From NCBI GenBank assembly GCA_963700145.1, contig OY969474.1, positions 192,001-256,000 on the forward strand: a stretch of 64,000 bases of DNA. The letters are read 5' to 3'. The stretch is from an uncultured Acidobacteriota bacterium (GTDB lineage: Bacteria > Acidobacteriota > Thermoanaerobaculia > Multivoradales > UBA5704). Position 1 is the first letter of the stretch; each line of letters starts with the position of its first letter. This document shows positions 39,601-50,630 of the stretch, piece by piece. A program made the position numbers and the translations under genes. A model generated the notes under the pieces. That model was not told where the DNA came from. It was given only the letters and a program-made list of their open reading frames with translations, and ran no database searches.

Positions 39601-40326
39601 ACGTTGTGCTTCATTGAGACGTTCCCCAAGTGTGATCCAGAGGATGCCAGCCGCAAAACGCTTCCTCACCAGCTCGTGCTCGCAGACCGCCTGGGCAAGA
39701 GCTGTCTTTCCGAACCCGCCTGCTCCACGGAGCGCCGTTGTTAGAGCTACCGTCGCCGCGACCTGGTCCCCAGCCGGTGGCTCTCGCGTAAGCACCTCCA
39801 CTACCGCTTCAAGCTCTTGGCGTTGTACAAACCTGTCTGACGGCGGCGCCATCGAGCGGTAGGGAGGAGAGATCGAAGTGTCTTCTGAGTCGGGGGCAGC
39901 GTTCAGGTTTCCTTGAATTCCGTCTACCAGTTGGTGAAGTGCTTTGGGATCGCCGAGGCTGTTCGCAAAGTTCACATGAAGGAAATGCCGTAGCGAGTAT
40001 GGAATCTCACTCCTGAGCGCCCCTGGCAGCATCACGACAATGATTCTGTAGGCTGGGTCCTCGATCGCTCGCTGGACTGCAACGTCGATCTCGAACTTCT
40101 GATAATTGCTGAGCCCACTAGGCCCCAGCAGCACTGCGCACGCAAGACTCCCTGAGAGGGCAGCAGGAATTTCTGCCGGCAGGCTGGCTCCGGCTACCAG
40201 GCCGCGGTCGTCAAGGAAAACTCGGAGGCCATTATCTCTTAGTTTCTTGTCCAGCCATAACACCGCTGCCTTTTCACGGCTGTTATGCGAGAGAAAAACA
40301 TCGTAGAGTGCGCTGGAGGTAATCAT
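36625..40326 (-). CDS. TIR - NB-ARC (APAF-1-like) - WD40 STAND/NLR-like protein
   Basis: YDVFLSHNS TIR start with QKFE; Walker A GAGGFGKT; Walker B LLVLDDVW; LHDV; many GH...D.TI.IW repeats; lower GC than the host genes. Confidence 0.92.
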   Translation of the reverse strand: MITSSALYDVFLSHNSREKAAVLWLDKKLRDNGLRVFLDDRGLVAGASLPAEIPAALSGSLACAVLLGPSGLSNYQKFEIDVAVQRAIEDPAYRIIVVMLPGALRSEIPYSLRHFLHVNFANSLGDPKALHQLVDGIQGNLNAAPDSEDTSISPPYRSMAPPSDRFVQRQELEAVVEVLTREPPAGDQVAATVALTTALRGAGGFGKTALAQAVCEHELVRKRFAAGILWITLGERLNEAQRLARVRDLLRWWTRKEQPSYETLESAAGFLRESLSGQRVLLVLDDVWLAADVAPFAGIATPASLLITTRNTRALPTAAHTVVVDALEVPRAVELLGQGLSPLPTVSTLERLAAKLGEWPILLKLVNAQLREEYRDGVAANEAFRIVEETLGEMGLTAFDREDEEARNLAVRRTVDASLQRLSSEDREHYARLAVFPEDERIPLPVLQLLWKTGEQEVARVCRRLAEMSLLYRFDPVGRWIQLHDVMRAYLLREHRAETQSYQGALVDSYLELQRIEADRQDGEPHRYFVARLPYHLKESGREHVLEELLFSYAWLERKLSATDVNAAMADYELLAGNGDAKSVREALLLSRSVLMKDLSQLPSHLHGRLESSSSARIASLLGGAVVDHTTSWLRPLAPTLRRPNDPLTYSLQAHQGEIRAIAQLDENRLATAGTDGAIHLWDFASGELVATIYGTSSPIRHLAMITPNRLLAASDDGVIRLWDLAGEKVIRSFAEHDSPITALRARDGEFISGAEDGTLLRWRIDAERPLRAFLGHESKINGIGYLDARTMVSIGKDRTLRVWNLPSGRQLKTLTLPVFAGEALEVRTSSEVILGTCAGEIQIWKPLSRETKPRRSLRYRSVSLDALCVLGRDLGVSPVGGLSEIQLWNPETGTVVGTEIHVPGGGVTALARFGTSHLLCGSKDGRLSVWAIETLRARVSEKPPGSVYAVAALDAATAVSTSSDGPVHVWNAAEGVLLRSLEGHSEAVSSVCALGSERVASSSSSEGTIRIWNPRTGELLNTIQCPQKVGALAVFDRDLILAAPVDPLTSDQGIQVWHIASGQKVADLPVFPNGVGALCAVDGRFIIFGTYGGLVFHLELSAPSDRGTFYLRGHEKGVVSLAVVDRNLLASGSLDNTIRIWNLGSKETVQLLRGHESAVTGLASISPKLLASASQDQTIKLWDLKIGRPVVNLHLDTSLSSLTVMPDGRTLVAGDVGGTVHFLRLEGLAIQT

Positions 40327-40346
40327 GAGCGATTAGAAAAAATTCT

Positions 40347-40595
40347 TCATCCTCCGACCGTCAACCCAGACGCCGCTGGCCCTTGATCCTCCCACCCTAC
40401 GAGTTCCTCGCCGATGCCGGAAGCTGGGCCGTACGCGGCCGCATACCGCTCGGCGATCTCACGCCTACCGCGGCGGCTGAGATACTCCTCGGCAGCACGC
40501 CGTAGGACCGCTGAGCGCCCGTATTTCTTCACCTCAGGAGTCGCGTCCAGGCGCCCTAGCAGCTCCTCCTCCAGGATCACCGTTACAGCCTTCAT
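40347..40595 (-). CDS. Ribbon-helix-helix (CopG-like) antitoxin-type protein
   Basis: MKAVTVILEEELLGRLD...RSAVLRRAAEEYL...ERYAAAY; no adjacent toxin. Confidence 0.75.
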   Translation of the reverse strand: MKAVTVILEEELLGRLDATPEVKKYGRSAVLRRAAEEYLSRRGRREIAERYAAAYGPASGIGEELVGWEDQGPAASGLTVGG

Positions 40596-40782
40596 GTGGA
40601 GATTCTATGTTCAGGGCAGTCACGAGAAGCCGACCGCAGAGAAGAGGGGGGTGCGAACATCGTGAGAGAGCGGCTCGAGGGCTCATTGGAGCTCCGTCCG
40701 GCGAATAGGCGATCGCCTCAGTCGTTGAGGCGTCCAGCTGCCCGGTGCGGTTATTCGGCCGCTGGAACAGCCAGCGCGGCCG

Positions 40783-41000
40783 GCGAATTGACCCACGGCG
40801 CGCCGTTTGGAGAAGGAAAGGCCGCGATTGGGGTAGGTATGCCGGCGATTGGGACACCTACAGCGGCGATGGGGCAGGCACACGCGCGAAAGGCGCCGGT
40901 ACGGCGGCGAAGGGGATGGGTACGCGCGCGAATGGGACGGGTACGGCGGCGATTGGGCTGGGTATGGCGCTTACCTGCGCCATACACCCGCGAATGGGAT
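40783..41000. repeat. Degenerate tandem array with ~21-bp period (GCGAWTGGG..GGGTAYGGCG)
   Basis: GCGA anchors at 40824, 40845, 40866, 40886, 40907, 40928 and 40949, plus 40783 and 40990. Confidence 0.8.
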
Positions 41001-41184
41001 AGATCGGCCGAGTGCCTGCTCCAAACGCCGATCGACGGTCCGGCCACGGCGGTGATGGCCGCCGAGCGCTGGGCCGGCGCGCTCCATCTCCCGCAGGACC
41101 TCGCGCTTCGGCCGCGGACCCATCCCGTTCGCCGCTCAAACCTGTAGCTACGGGGTATCTACTCCGACTTGGGATGGTGGAATG

Positions 41185-41421
41185 ATGGCTCGGCGAGCGA
41201 AGCTGTTCCAGAGCAGTGGAAGCCAGGCGGTCCGCCTGCCCAGGGAGTTCCGCTTCGAGGGGCAGGAGGAAGTCGTGATCTACCGCGAGGGTGAAAGAGT
41301 CATCCTCGAACCGGCGCGGCGCCGGTGGAGCGAGGGGTTCCTGCAACTCGCCGGCAGCGCGCCTGACTTTCCCTACCCCGAAGAGCCGCCACCCGCCGAA
41401 CGGGGTCCGGATCTCGATTGA
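41185..41421 (+). CDS. vapB: VapB/VagC (AbrB-type) antitoxin
   Basis: AKLFQSSGSQAVRLPREFRFEG...VVIYREGERVILEP. Confidence 0.88.
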   Translation: MARRAKLFQSSGSQAVRLPREFRFEGQEEVVIYREGERVILEPARRRWSEGFLQLAGSAPDFPYPEEPPPAERGPDLD

Positions 41422-41520
41422 GGTTCCTCCTCGACACGAACGTCCGCCACGGACAACGTCAGGGAGTTCGGGCGCATCGAGACTCTCCGGGTGGAGACTT
41501 GGCGAGTCCCTCGGCCGTAG
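41418..41520 (+). pseudogene. vapC: VapC PIN toxin remnant with a large internal deletion
   Basis: TTG start overlaps the vapB stop; MRFLLDTNV is joined directly to the C-terminal ATDNVREFGRIETLRVETW. Confidence 0.85.
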
Positions 41521-41583
41521 ACTTGTAGCCACTCTCTGATGCAGATCGAGGCGTGCTTCGATCTGCATCGAAGGAGGCGGCTG

Positions 41584-41790
41584 ATGCGCACGACGCTCAA
41601 CCTCGACGATCAGGCCCTGTCCGAGGCGATGGAGGTGTCGCCCGGCAAGACGAAGACCGACGTCATCAACGAGGCGCTCCGCGAGTACGCCCGCCGTGGA
41701 CGGGTCAGCGGCCTCCTCAGGTACGAGGGGAAGGTCCGCTGGGAGGGGAACCTCGACGAGCTGCGGCGGCGGGTGCCCGGACGCGCTTGA
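41584..41790 (+). CDS. vapB: VapB (RHH, DUF2191-like) antitoxin
   Basis: AGGAGG RBS; MRTTLNLDDQALSEAM....KTKTDVINEALRE...WEGNLDELR. Confidence 0.85.
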   Translation: MRTTLNLDDQALSEAMEVSPGKTKTDVINEALREYARRGRVSGLLRYEGKVRWEGNLDELRRRVPGRA

Positions 41791-41943
41791 GAGTTCTCAT
41801 CGACACGATCGACTGCCTGATCGCGGCTCTCGCCGAAGCGGGCGGCGCCGCGATCTTGGCGCGACCGCGATCTCTCCGCCATCCTCGACAGCGGCTTCGT
41901 CGAGGTGAAGCGCTGGCCCGTATCCCAGCCGCCACCGGAATAG
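41787..41943 (+). pseudogene. vapC: Second VapC remnant with an internal deletion and frameshift
   Basis: MRVLIDT is fused to IDCLIAALAE....ILA/DRDL; ATCGAC is repeated at the junction. Confidence 0.8.
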
Positions 41944-42119
41944 CCCGCCCAGCCCCCCGGTTACCGTTATCCCAGGCACCGTAGGCCCCCGAGACGCAGA
42001 TCTCGTAGTGGCAGGACCCCAGCGTCCCTCTGAAGGACGCGACGACGAAGCAGCGTTTCTCCACCGCCTCCTCGCGGGGCGGGAGCTCATAAAACGTCGC
42101 ACCTCTTCGAAGGAGCATC

Positions 42120-45089
42120 ATGAACCGTATCGCGACGCTGTCCCTGCTGCTGTGCGCCCTGGTCCTGGGTGTCGCGGCCGCGCCCGTGTCCGCCCAGGCG
42201 GACGAGGCCGTTTCGGCCAAGGTCGCCGGCCCGGCGGCCGACGCTTTCATCGTCCGCATGAGCGAGGACCCCGTGGTGGCCTACCGCGGCGGTATCCCCG
42301 GCCTCAAGGCGACGAAGCCCGCCAAGGGCAAGAAGATCGACCCCAACAGCCCCGACGTGGTGCGCTACGTCACCTACCTCAAGGGACGCCACGACGCCGC
42401 CCTGGCGGCCGTCGGCGGCGCCCGCAAGCTCTACGACTACACCTACGCGCTCAACGGCTTCGCCGCCAAGCTCACGGCCGAGCAGGCCGCGGAGATCGCG
42501 GCCGTGCCGGGCGTCGTCTCGGTCGAGCGCGACGAGCGACTCGAGGTGAGCACGGTGAGCACGCCGGCCTTCCTCGGCCTGACCGCCCCGGGCGGCCTCT
42601 GGGAGCAGCTCGGCGGCGTCGAGAACGCCGGCGAGGACGTCGTCATCGGCGTCCTCGACACCGGCGTCTGGCCGGAGCACCCGAGCTTCTCCGACCGCAC
42701 CGGCGAGAACGACAACGGCGTCGGCGACAAGCTCGCCTACCAGCAGCTTCCCGGCTGGCACGGCAAGTGCGTCCCCGGCGAGGCTTTCAACGCCTCGCTC
42801 TGCAACCAGAAGCTGATCGGCTGCCAGCCGTTCAACGCCTCCTTCACCGCCGCGTCGCCGCTGCACGACGCCGAGTTCGACTCCTGCCGCGACTCCGACA
42901 GCCACGGTACGCACACCGCCTCGACCGCCGGCGGCAACCACGGCGTCACCGCCGTCATCGACGGCATCACCATCGGCAACGCCAGCGGCATGGCGCCGCG
43001 CGCCCGCATCTCGGCCTACAAGGTCTGCTGGACCGACCCGGCGGGCGACAACTCCTGCTTCACCTCCGACAGCGCGGCCGCTGCCGACCAGGCAGTGGCG
43101 GACGGCGTCGACATCATCACCTTCTCGATCACCGGCTCGACGACCAGCTTCCTGAACGCGGTGCAGGTTGCTTTCCTCAACGCCGCCGACGCCGGAGTCT
43201 TCGTCTCCGCCGCCGCCGGCAACTCCGGCCCGGGCGCCGGCACCGTCAACCACCTGAGCCCCTGGCTCACCACCGTCGCCGCCAGCACCCACGACCGCTT
43301 CTTCCAGGGCTCGGCGGTGCTCGGCAACGGTGACGAGCACACTGGCGCCTCGCTCACCGCGGGCACCGGCGCCTCGCTGCTGCCGCTCATCCACTCGAGC
43401 TCGGCGGGGCTGCCGGGCAAGAACCCGACCGAGGTCGCGCTCTGCTTCGAGGGCACCCTCGACCCGACCGTGGTGGCCGGGAAGATCGTCCTCTGCGACC
43501 GCGGCGTCAACGACCGCGTGGCCAAGAGCCGCGCCGTCGCCCAGGCCAACGGCGCCGGCATGATCCTGCGCAACACCAGCGCCAACACGCTCAACGCCGA
43601 CCTCCATTCGGTGCCGAGCGTCCACGTCGACCACATCGCCGGCGCCGCGATCAAGAGCTACATCGACGGCTCCGGCGGCACGGCGACCGCCCGCATCACC
43701 GACGGGGCGAACCTCACCTCGGTGGCCGCCCCCTTCAACGCCTCCTTCTCCGGCCGCGGCCCTCTCGCTTTCGGCGACCTCCTCAAGCCCGACGTCACCG
43801 CCCCCGGCGTGGACATCCTGGCCGGGACCTCGCCCTACGGCAACGGCGGCCGCTTCTTCGACTTCCTCCAGGGCACCTCGATGGCCACGCCGCACGTGGC
43901 GGGCCTCGCGGCGCTGCTCATCCAGCAGCACCCCGACTGGTCGCCGATGATGGTCAAGTCGGCCCTCATGACGACCGCCACCCAGATCCTCAGCACCGGC
44001 ACCGCCGGCAACGCCTTCGCCCAGGGGGCGGGCCACGTCGCGCCGAACAAGGCGGCCGACCCCGGTCTCGTCTACGACCACGGCTTCGCCGACTGGCTGG
44101 CGTTTCTCTGCGGCAGCGGCCAGCTCGTCGATCCGGGCTGCGCCGCGATTGCCATCGATCCGAGCGACCTCAACGTGCCGTCGATCGCCATCGGCGACCT
44201 CCTCGGCAGCCAGGTCGTCACCCGCACGGTGACCAACGTCGGGCCGGCGGCGACCTACAACGCGACGGTCGTGGCACCCCCGGGCTTCACCGCCGTCGTC
44301 AACCCGACGTCGCTGACGCTCGGCTCCGGACAGTCCGGCAGCTACACGGTGACCTTCACCCGCACGACGGCGGCGCTCAACACCTACTTCTTCGGCTCGC
44401 TCACCTGGTCGGACGGCACGCACTCGGTCAAGAGCCCGCTCGTCGTCCGCTCGGTGCCGCTGGTCGTGCCGGCGACGCTCAACCTGACGGGCGCCTCCGG
44501 GTCGACCAGCTTCACGATCAAGTTCGGCTACACCGGCGCGCTCGCCGGCTCGCCGCACGGGCTCGTGGCGCCGACGACGACCAACGCCACGGTCGTCGAC
44601 GACCCGACCAACAACTTCAACACCGCCGCGCCGGCCTCCAACCAGGGCATCACGACCCACAGCCTGGTGATCCCGGCGGGCACCTTCCTCGCCCGCGTCG
44701 CGCTGTTCGACGACTTCACGGACGGGGCCGACGACCTCGACCTCTACGTCTACAACGCGGCCGGCACGCTGGTCGGGGCGAGCAGCACCGCCACCTCCGC
44801 CGAGACCATCAGCCTGTCCAACCCGGCGGCGGGCACCTACACGGTGTACGTCCACGGCTGGCAGACCGACGGTCCGGACGCCAATTACACCCTGTTCGAC
44901 TGGAAGGTCGGGGCGAGCGCCGGGAACATGACGGTGACCACCCCGCCGACGGCGACCATGGGCGGCAGCGGCACCGCGACGATCTCCTGGAGCGGCCTTG
45001 CGGCCGGCACCCGTTACCTCGGCGTCGCCCGTTACCTCGAGGGCGCCACCGAGCGCGGCCGCACGGTCGTCAACGTGATCGTGCCGTAG
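42120..45089 (+). CDS. S8 subtilisin-like serine protease (I9 propeptide, PA, Fn3-like and PPC domains)
   Basis: GVLDTG, HGTHTASTAGG, AAGNSG, KPDVTAPG and GTSMATPHVAG. Confidence 0.95.
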   Translation: MNRIATLSLLLCALVLGVAAAPVSAQADEAVSAKVAGPAADAFIVRMSEDPVVAYRGGIPGLKATKPAKGKKIDPNSPDVVRYVTYLKGRHDAALAAVGGARKLYDYTYALNGFAAKLTAEQAAEIAAVPGVVSVERDERLEVSTVSTPAFLGLTAPGGLWEQLGGVENAGEDVVIGVLDTGVWPEHPSFSDRTGENDNGVGDKLAYQQLPGWHGKCVPGEAFNASLCNQKLIGCQPFNASFTAASPLHDAEFDSCRDSDSHGTHTASTAGGNHGVTAVIDGITIGNASGMAPRARISAYKVCWTDPAGDNSCFTSDSAAAADQAVADGVDIITFSITGSTTSFLNAVQVAFLNAADAGVFVSAAAGNSGPGAGTVNHLSPWLTTVAASTHDRFFQGSAVLGNGDEHTGASLTAGTGASLLPLIHSSSAGLPGKNPTEVALCFEGTLDPTVVAGKIVLCDRGVNDRVAKSRAVAQANGAGMILRNTSANTLNADLHSVPSVHVDHIAGAAIKSYIDGSGGTATARITDGANLTSVAAPFNASFSGRGPLAFGDLLKPDVTAPGVDILAGTSPYGNGGRFFDFLQGTSMATPHVAGLAALLIQQHPDWSPMMVKSALMTTATQILSTGTAGNAFAQGAGHVAPNKAADPGLVYDHGFADWLAFLCGSGQLVDPGCAAIAIDPSDLNVPSIAIGDLLGSQVVTRTVTNVGPAATYNATVVAPPGFTAVVNPTSLTLGSGQSGSYTVTFTRTTAALNTYFFGSLTWSDGTHSVKSPLVVRSVPLVVPATLNLTGASGSTSFTIKFGYTGALAGSPHGLVAPTTTNATVVDDPTNNFNTAAPASNQGITTHSLVIPAGTFLARVALFDDFTDGADDLDLYVYNAAGTLVGASSTATSAETISLSNPAAGTYTVYVHGWQTDGPDANYTLFDWKVGASAGNMTVTTPPTATMGGSGTATISWSGLAAGTRYLGVARYLEGATERGRTVVNVIVP

Positions 45090-45120
45090 CGGTAAGCCCG
45101 GTTCTTCACTGAGCCGCATC

Positions 45121-45153
45121 GGGGCGGCCGGGGGAAACTCCGGCCGCCTCTTT
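45121..45153 (+). terminator. Rho-independent terminator
   Basis: GGCGGCCGG...CCGGCCGCC hairpin followed by TCTTT downstream of the S8 gene. Confidence 0.6.
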
Positions 45154-45168
45154 GCGTACAGGGCGGGC

Positions 45169-47433
45169 ATGAATTCTGTCGTCGTGCGCCGATTCGCCCT
45201 GCCCCTCGCCCTCGCTCTCGTCCTCCCGCTCGCCGCCGCCGCGCAGACCGCGGAGGCCAAGCCGCCGATCCCGCCGCCGCGGCAGCTCCAGGTCGAGCGC
45301 GCGACCTCCGCGATCGCCGTCGACGGCGTCCTCGACGAGCAGGCCTGGAAGGACGCCCTGACCTTCGACCTCACCTTCGAGTGGTCGCCCGGGGAGAACG
45401 TGCCGCCGCCGGTCCAAACGGACTTCTTCGTCGCCTACGACGACGAGAAGCTCTACGTCGCCTGGCGGGCGCAGGACCCGAAGCCCGCCGAGATCCGCGC
45501 CCACTACATGGACCGCGACTCGATCCAGACCTTCATCCAGGACGACCACGTCGTCTTGATGATCGACACCTTCAACGACGAGAACCGGGCCTACCAGCTG
45601 CGCGTCAACCCGCTCGGCGTCCAGGCGGACTCCATCTTCAGTCAGAACGAGGGCGTGGAGGATTGGTCGTTCGACCTCATCTGGGACTCGGCGGGGCGCA
45701 TCACCGAGACCGGCTACGTCATCGAGGCCGCGGTGCCGCTCGGCCAGCTCCGCTTCCCCCGCACGACGGGCGCGCAGACCTGGGGCTTCGACGTCGGCCG
45801 CTCCTACCCGCGCAGCGTCCGCCACCGCATGACCGCGCACGCGCTCGACCGCGATCAGGAGTGCATCCTCTGCCAGGTCACCAAGGTGACCGGCTTCGAG
45901 GGGATCAAGCCGGGCCGGAACCTCGAGCTCGACCCGACGCTGACGGCGTTGCGCAGCGACGCGCTGGGCGCCGGCGGCTTCCCCGACGGCGACCTCGAAA
46001 CAGGGGACGAGGAGGTGGAGGCGGGGCTCTCGATGCGCTGGGGGATCACCCAGAACGTCACCCTCAATGCCGCGGTCAACCCCGACTTTTCGCAGGTCGA
46101 GGCCGACGTCGCGCAGCTCGACGTCAACGAGCGCTTCGCGCTCTTCTTCCCCGAGAAGCGCCCGTTCTTCCTCGAAGGGGCGGACTACTTCTCGACCCCG
46201 ATCCAGGCAGTCTTCACCCGCACCGTCGCCGCCCCCGACTGGGGCGCGAAGGTCACCGGCAAGGAGGGGCCAAACGCCTTCGGCGTCTTCCTCGCCGACG
46301 ACTCCGCCGACGCGACCCTGCTGCTGCCGTCCAATCAGGAGACGGGCATCGGCTTCCTCGACGAGACGGTGCGGACCGGCGTCGTGCGCTACCGCCGCGA
46401 CGTCGGCCGGGGCTCGAACGTCGGCGTCCTCTTCACCGGCCGCGAAGGGGAGCGCGACTACCACAACCGGGTCGCCGGCCTCGACGGCTTCTGGCGCTTC
46501 GACCCGAGCAACACCCTGAGGGGCCAGTACTTGCGGTCGCAGACCCAGTATCCCCTGGGTCTGGCGCTCGGCGCCGGCCAGCCGACCGACGAGCTCGAGG
46601 GGGACAGCATCTTCCTCGACTACGACCACGCCACCCGCAACTGGTTCTGGTCGGCCTCCTACGAAGCGATCGACCCGCTCTTCCGCGCCGACGCCGGCTT
46701 CGTGCCGCGCGTCGACATGCGGGAGCTCGAAGCCATCCTGATCCGCCAGCTCTGGGGGGAGGCCGGCGACCGGTGGACGCGCGCCCAGATCGGCCTCTTC
46801 ACCTTCCGCACCGAGGACTTCGACGGCCGGCTGACCGACGATCGGTGGGACCTCTTCGCCAACGTCGCGGGGCCGCTCCAGTCGTTCGCCGAGCTGTCGT
46901 TCGAAACCAACAGCGAGCGCTTCGGCGGCATCCTCTACGAAGACCTCCACCGCGGTCAGCTGTTCGCAGAGATCCAGCCCACCGGCGCCGTCAGGTTCAC
47001 CTTCTTCACCAACGTCGGCGAGACGGTGGACTTCGAGCACAACCAGCGGGCGGAGATCCTGGAGCTCAGCCCCGGTGTCGAGCTCAAGCTCGGCCGGCAC
47101 CTCAACGCCAAGCTCGACCACACGCTGCGGCGGCTGGACGAGGACGCGACCGGCGAGGAGATCGTCGAGGCCAACCTGACCCAGCTCCGCCTGGTCTACA
47201 ACTTCAACGTCCGCTCGTTCCTGCGCGCCATCGTCCAGTACCTGGACGTGGCGCCCGCCGGCGAGCCGACGAGCGAGGACCTGTTCACCCAGCTCTTGTT
47301 CTCGTACAAGCTCAACCCGCAGACGGTCCTCTTCCTCGGCTACTCCGACGACCGCGTCGGCGTCGGCGACGTCGGCCTCACCCAGACCGGCCGCACCTTC
47401 TTCTTCAAGGTCGGCTACGCCTGGCTGCTGTGA
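45169..47433 (+). CDS. CBM9-like + DUF5916 outer-membrane protein
   Basis: VDGVLDEQAW, IDTFND, VNPLGVQ and NPDFSQVEAD...NERFALFFPEKRPFFLEG; C-terminal beta-signal FFKVGYAWLL. Confidence 0.85.
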   Translation: MNSVVVRRFALPLALALVLPLAAAAQTAEAKPPIPPPRQLQVERATSAIAVDGVLDEQAWKDALTFDLTFEWSPGENVPPPVQTDFFVAYDDEKLYVAWRAQDPKPAEIRAHYMDRDSIQTFIQDDHVVLMIDTFNDENRAYQLRVNPLGVQADSIFSQNEGVEDWSFDLIWDSAGRITETGYVIEAAVPLGQLRFPRTTGAQTWGFDVGRSYPRSVRHRMTAHALDRDQECILCQVTKVTGFEGIKPGRNLELDPTLTALRSDALGAGGFPDGDLETGDEEVEAGLSMRWGITQNVTLNAAVNPDFSQVEADVAQLDVNERFALFFPEKRPFFLEGADYFSTPIQAVFTRTVAAPDWGAKVTGKEGPNAFGVFLADDSADATLLLPSNQETGIGFLDETVRTGVVRYRRDVGRGSNVGVLFTGREGERDYHNRVAGLDGFWRFDPSNTLRGQYLRSQTQYPLGLALGAGQPTDELEGDSIFLDYDHATRNWFWSASYEAIDPLFRADAGFVPRVDMRELEAILIRQLWGEAGDRWTRAQIGLFTFRTEDFDGRLTDDRWDLFANVAGPLQSFAELSFETNSERFGGILYEDLHRGQLFAEIQPTGAVRFTFFTNVGETVDFEHNQRAEILELSPGVELKLGRHLNAKLDHTLRRLDEDATGEEIVEANLTQLRLVYNFNVRSFLRAIVQYLDVAPAGEPTSEDLFTQLLFSYKLNPQTVLFLGYSDDRVGVGDVGLTQTGRTFFFKVGYAWLL

Positions 47434-47434
47434 G

Positions 47435-49011
47435 CTACTTCTCGAACATCTGATCCACGGGCACGATCACGACCGCCCCCTCGGCGATGCCGAGGGGGTA
47501 GCTCGCGATCGCCTTGTCCTCCTCGAGCACCTCCGCCGGCTTCTCGGAGGGGTAGGTGATCGGCGTCGGCGCGCCGGCGACGAGGGCTTTCTTCAGGCCC
47601 TCGGCGTCGCCGGTGACGATGGCGATCTGGAGGTTGCCGAGCTGCAGGTGCTTCTTGAGCGCGGCGTTGACCTGCTCGCGGGTGAGCTGGTCGAGCTTGG
47701 TCTGGAGGAGGGCGAGGTGGCCGGGCGCCGACACGCCGTAGAAACGGTCGTCGATGGCGTAGCCCAGCCGGTCCTGCGTCGTCTCGGCGTAGTGCAGGGA
47801 GTACTTCTTGAGGAAGCCCCGAGTGAGCTCGAACTCCTCCTGCGTCATGCCGCCTTCGATCAGGTCCTGCACCTCGCGCAGGGCGGCGCGCAGGGCGAAG
47901 ACGGCCTGGTTGTTGGGCAGGGTGCGGATCCAGACCTCGAAGAGCTGCCGGCTGCGCGGCGTGTTGGGCGGCGGCTGCTGGCGCTGGCCGCCCTCGACGA
48001 AGGCCTCGACGTAGGAGTAGTCGCCGTAGTTGAGGCCGCGGGTCTCGCGGATCACCTGGTAGAGGTGGCTCGAGCTGTTGCGGTGCTCGCCGAGCCAGGA
48101 GCTGGCGAGGAAGAGGGGGTAGAAGTCCGCCTCGCCGCGCGTGACGTCAAGCGGGAAGCCGAAGCTGATCGAGGCGTCGGCGCCGGGCTTCTGGACGAGC
48201 ACCACCTGGCGCCCCGCGAGCGCCCGCGGCGCCGGCGCCGCGGCGGGCTTGGCGCCGCCCTCCGGGAGCTTGGCGAGCGTCGCCTCGAAGCGCTCGATGA
48301 GCCCTTGCGGGTAGCTGCCGCCCAAGGCGACGACGGCGTTGCCGCGGGTGTAGTGCTCGGTGTAGAAGCGCTTGACGTCGTCGAGGGTGATGGCTTTCAG
48401 CCCCGCCACGGTCCCCTGCGGCGGGTGGGCGTAGCGGGTGCCGGCGAAGACGGAGCCGTAGAGCGCGGCCTTCCCCAGCTCCTCGTCCTGGGCGTAGCGC
48501 AGCGTCTTCTCGAGGTAGTTCAGGGCGCTGCTCTTGAGCCGCTCGAAGTCCTCCGCCTTCCAGGCCGGCTTCAGGTAGGCGTCGGTCAGGAGGACGAAGT
48601 AGGGCTCGAGGTTGTCGCGGTGGGTGCGGCCGGAGACCGTCGTCATCTCGCGGTCCACCCGCACCGAGTAGCCCGCGGCCATCGGGTAGAGCTTCTTGAG
48701 GATCTCCTCGTAGTTGTTGGCGGTGGTCGAGCCGTCGGAGAGCATCTGGCCGGTCAGGTAGGCGAGCCCCTCCTTGCCCGGCGGGTCGTCCTGGGAGCCG
48801 GTCTTGAACCAGACCTTGAAGGCGACCGTCGGGTCTTCGGGGACGGCGAGGAGGACGGGGCCCCGGGGCGGCACGACGGCGGCCTCGCCGTTCGGAGCGG
48901 CCGGCGGCGTCTTGGCGCCGTTGCCGTTCGGTGCTGCGCTGGCGGTGGCGGCGGCGGTCGTCATCAGTAGGGTCAGGGCCGTCGTGAGAGCGGCGCGGCG
49001 CGGGCTGGGCA

Positions 49012-49012
<1 letters not shown>
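47435..49012 (-). CDS. M16 peptidase, non-catalytic subunit
   Basis: GSQDDPPGKEGLA without HxxEH; SSHLYQVIRETRGLNYG. Confidence 0.85.
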
Positions 49013-50457
<1,445 letters not shown>

Positions 50458-50630
50458 GGGCGTTCTCCTATGGGGTCTCTCCGGCCGGGCTGGCCGGGGG
50501 CCGCCCGCGGGCGCACAAGGCTACCAGGCCGGCGGGGGCCGGCGCTGGTAGAGATACGAGCGGGCGGGGATGGGGTTTTCGGGGAAGACCGAAGGGGGGC
50601 CGGGCCGCCCCCCTCCGGCCGCCAGTCCGT

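Noticed and set aside
40596-41147. Protein-coding gene across the second 21-bp array
   Set aside because: No RBS or motif support, and a 20-bp unit breaks the heptad frame.
36590-42100. Prophage/ICE with an att duplication of the tRNA-Glu 3' end
   Set aside because: By eye I found no integrase and no repeat of the tRNA 3' end downstream.
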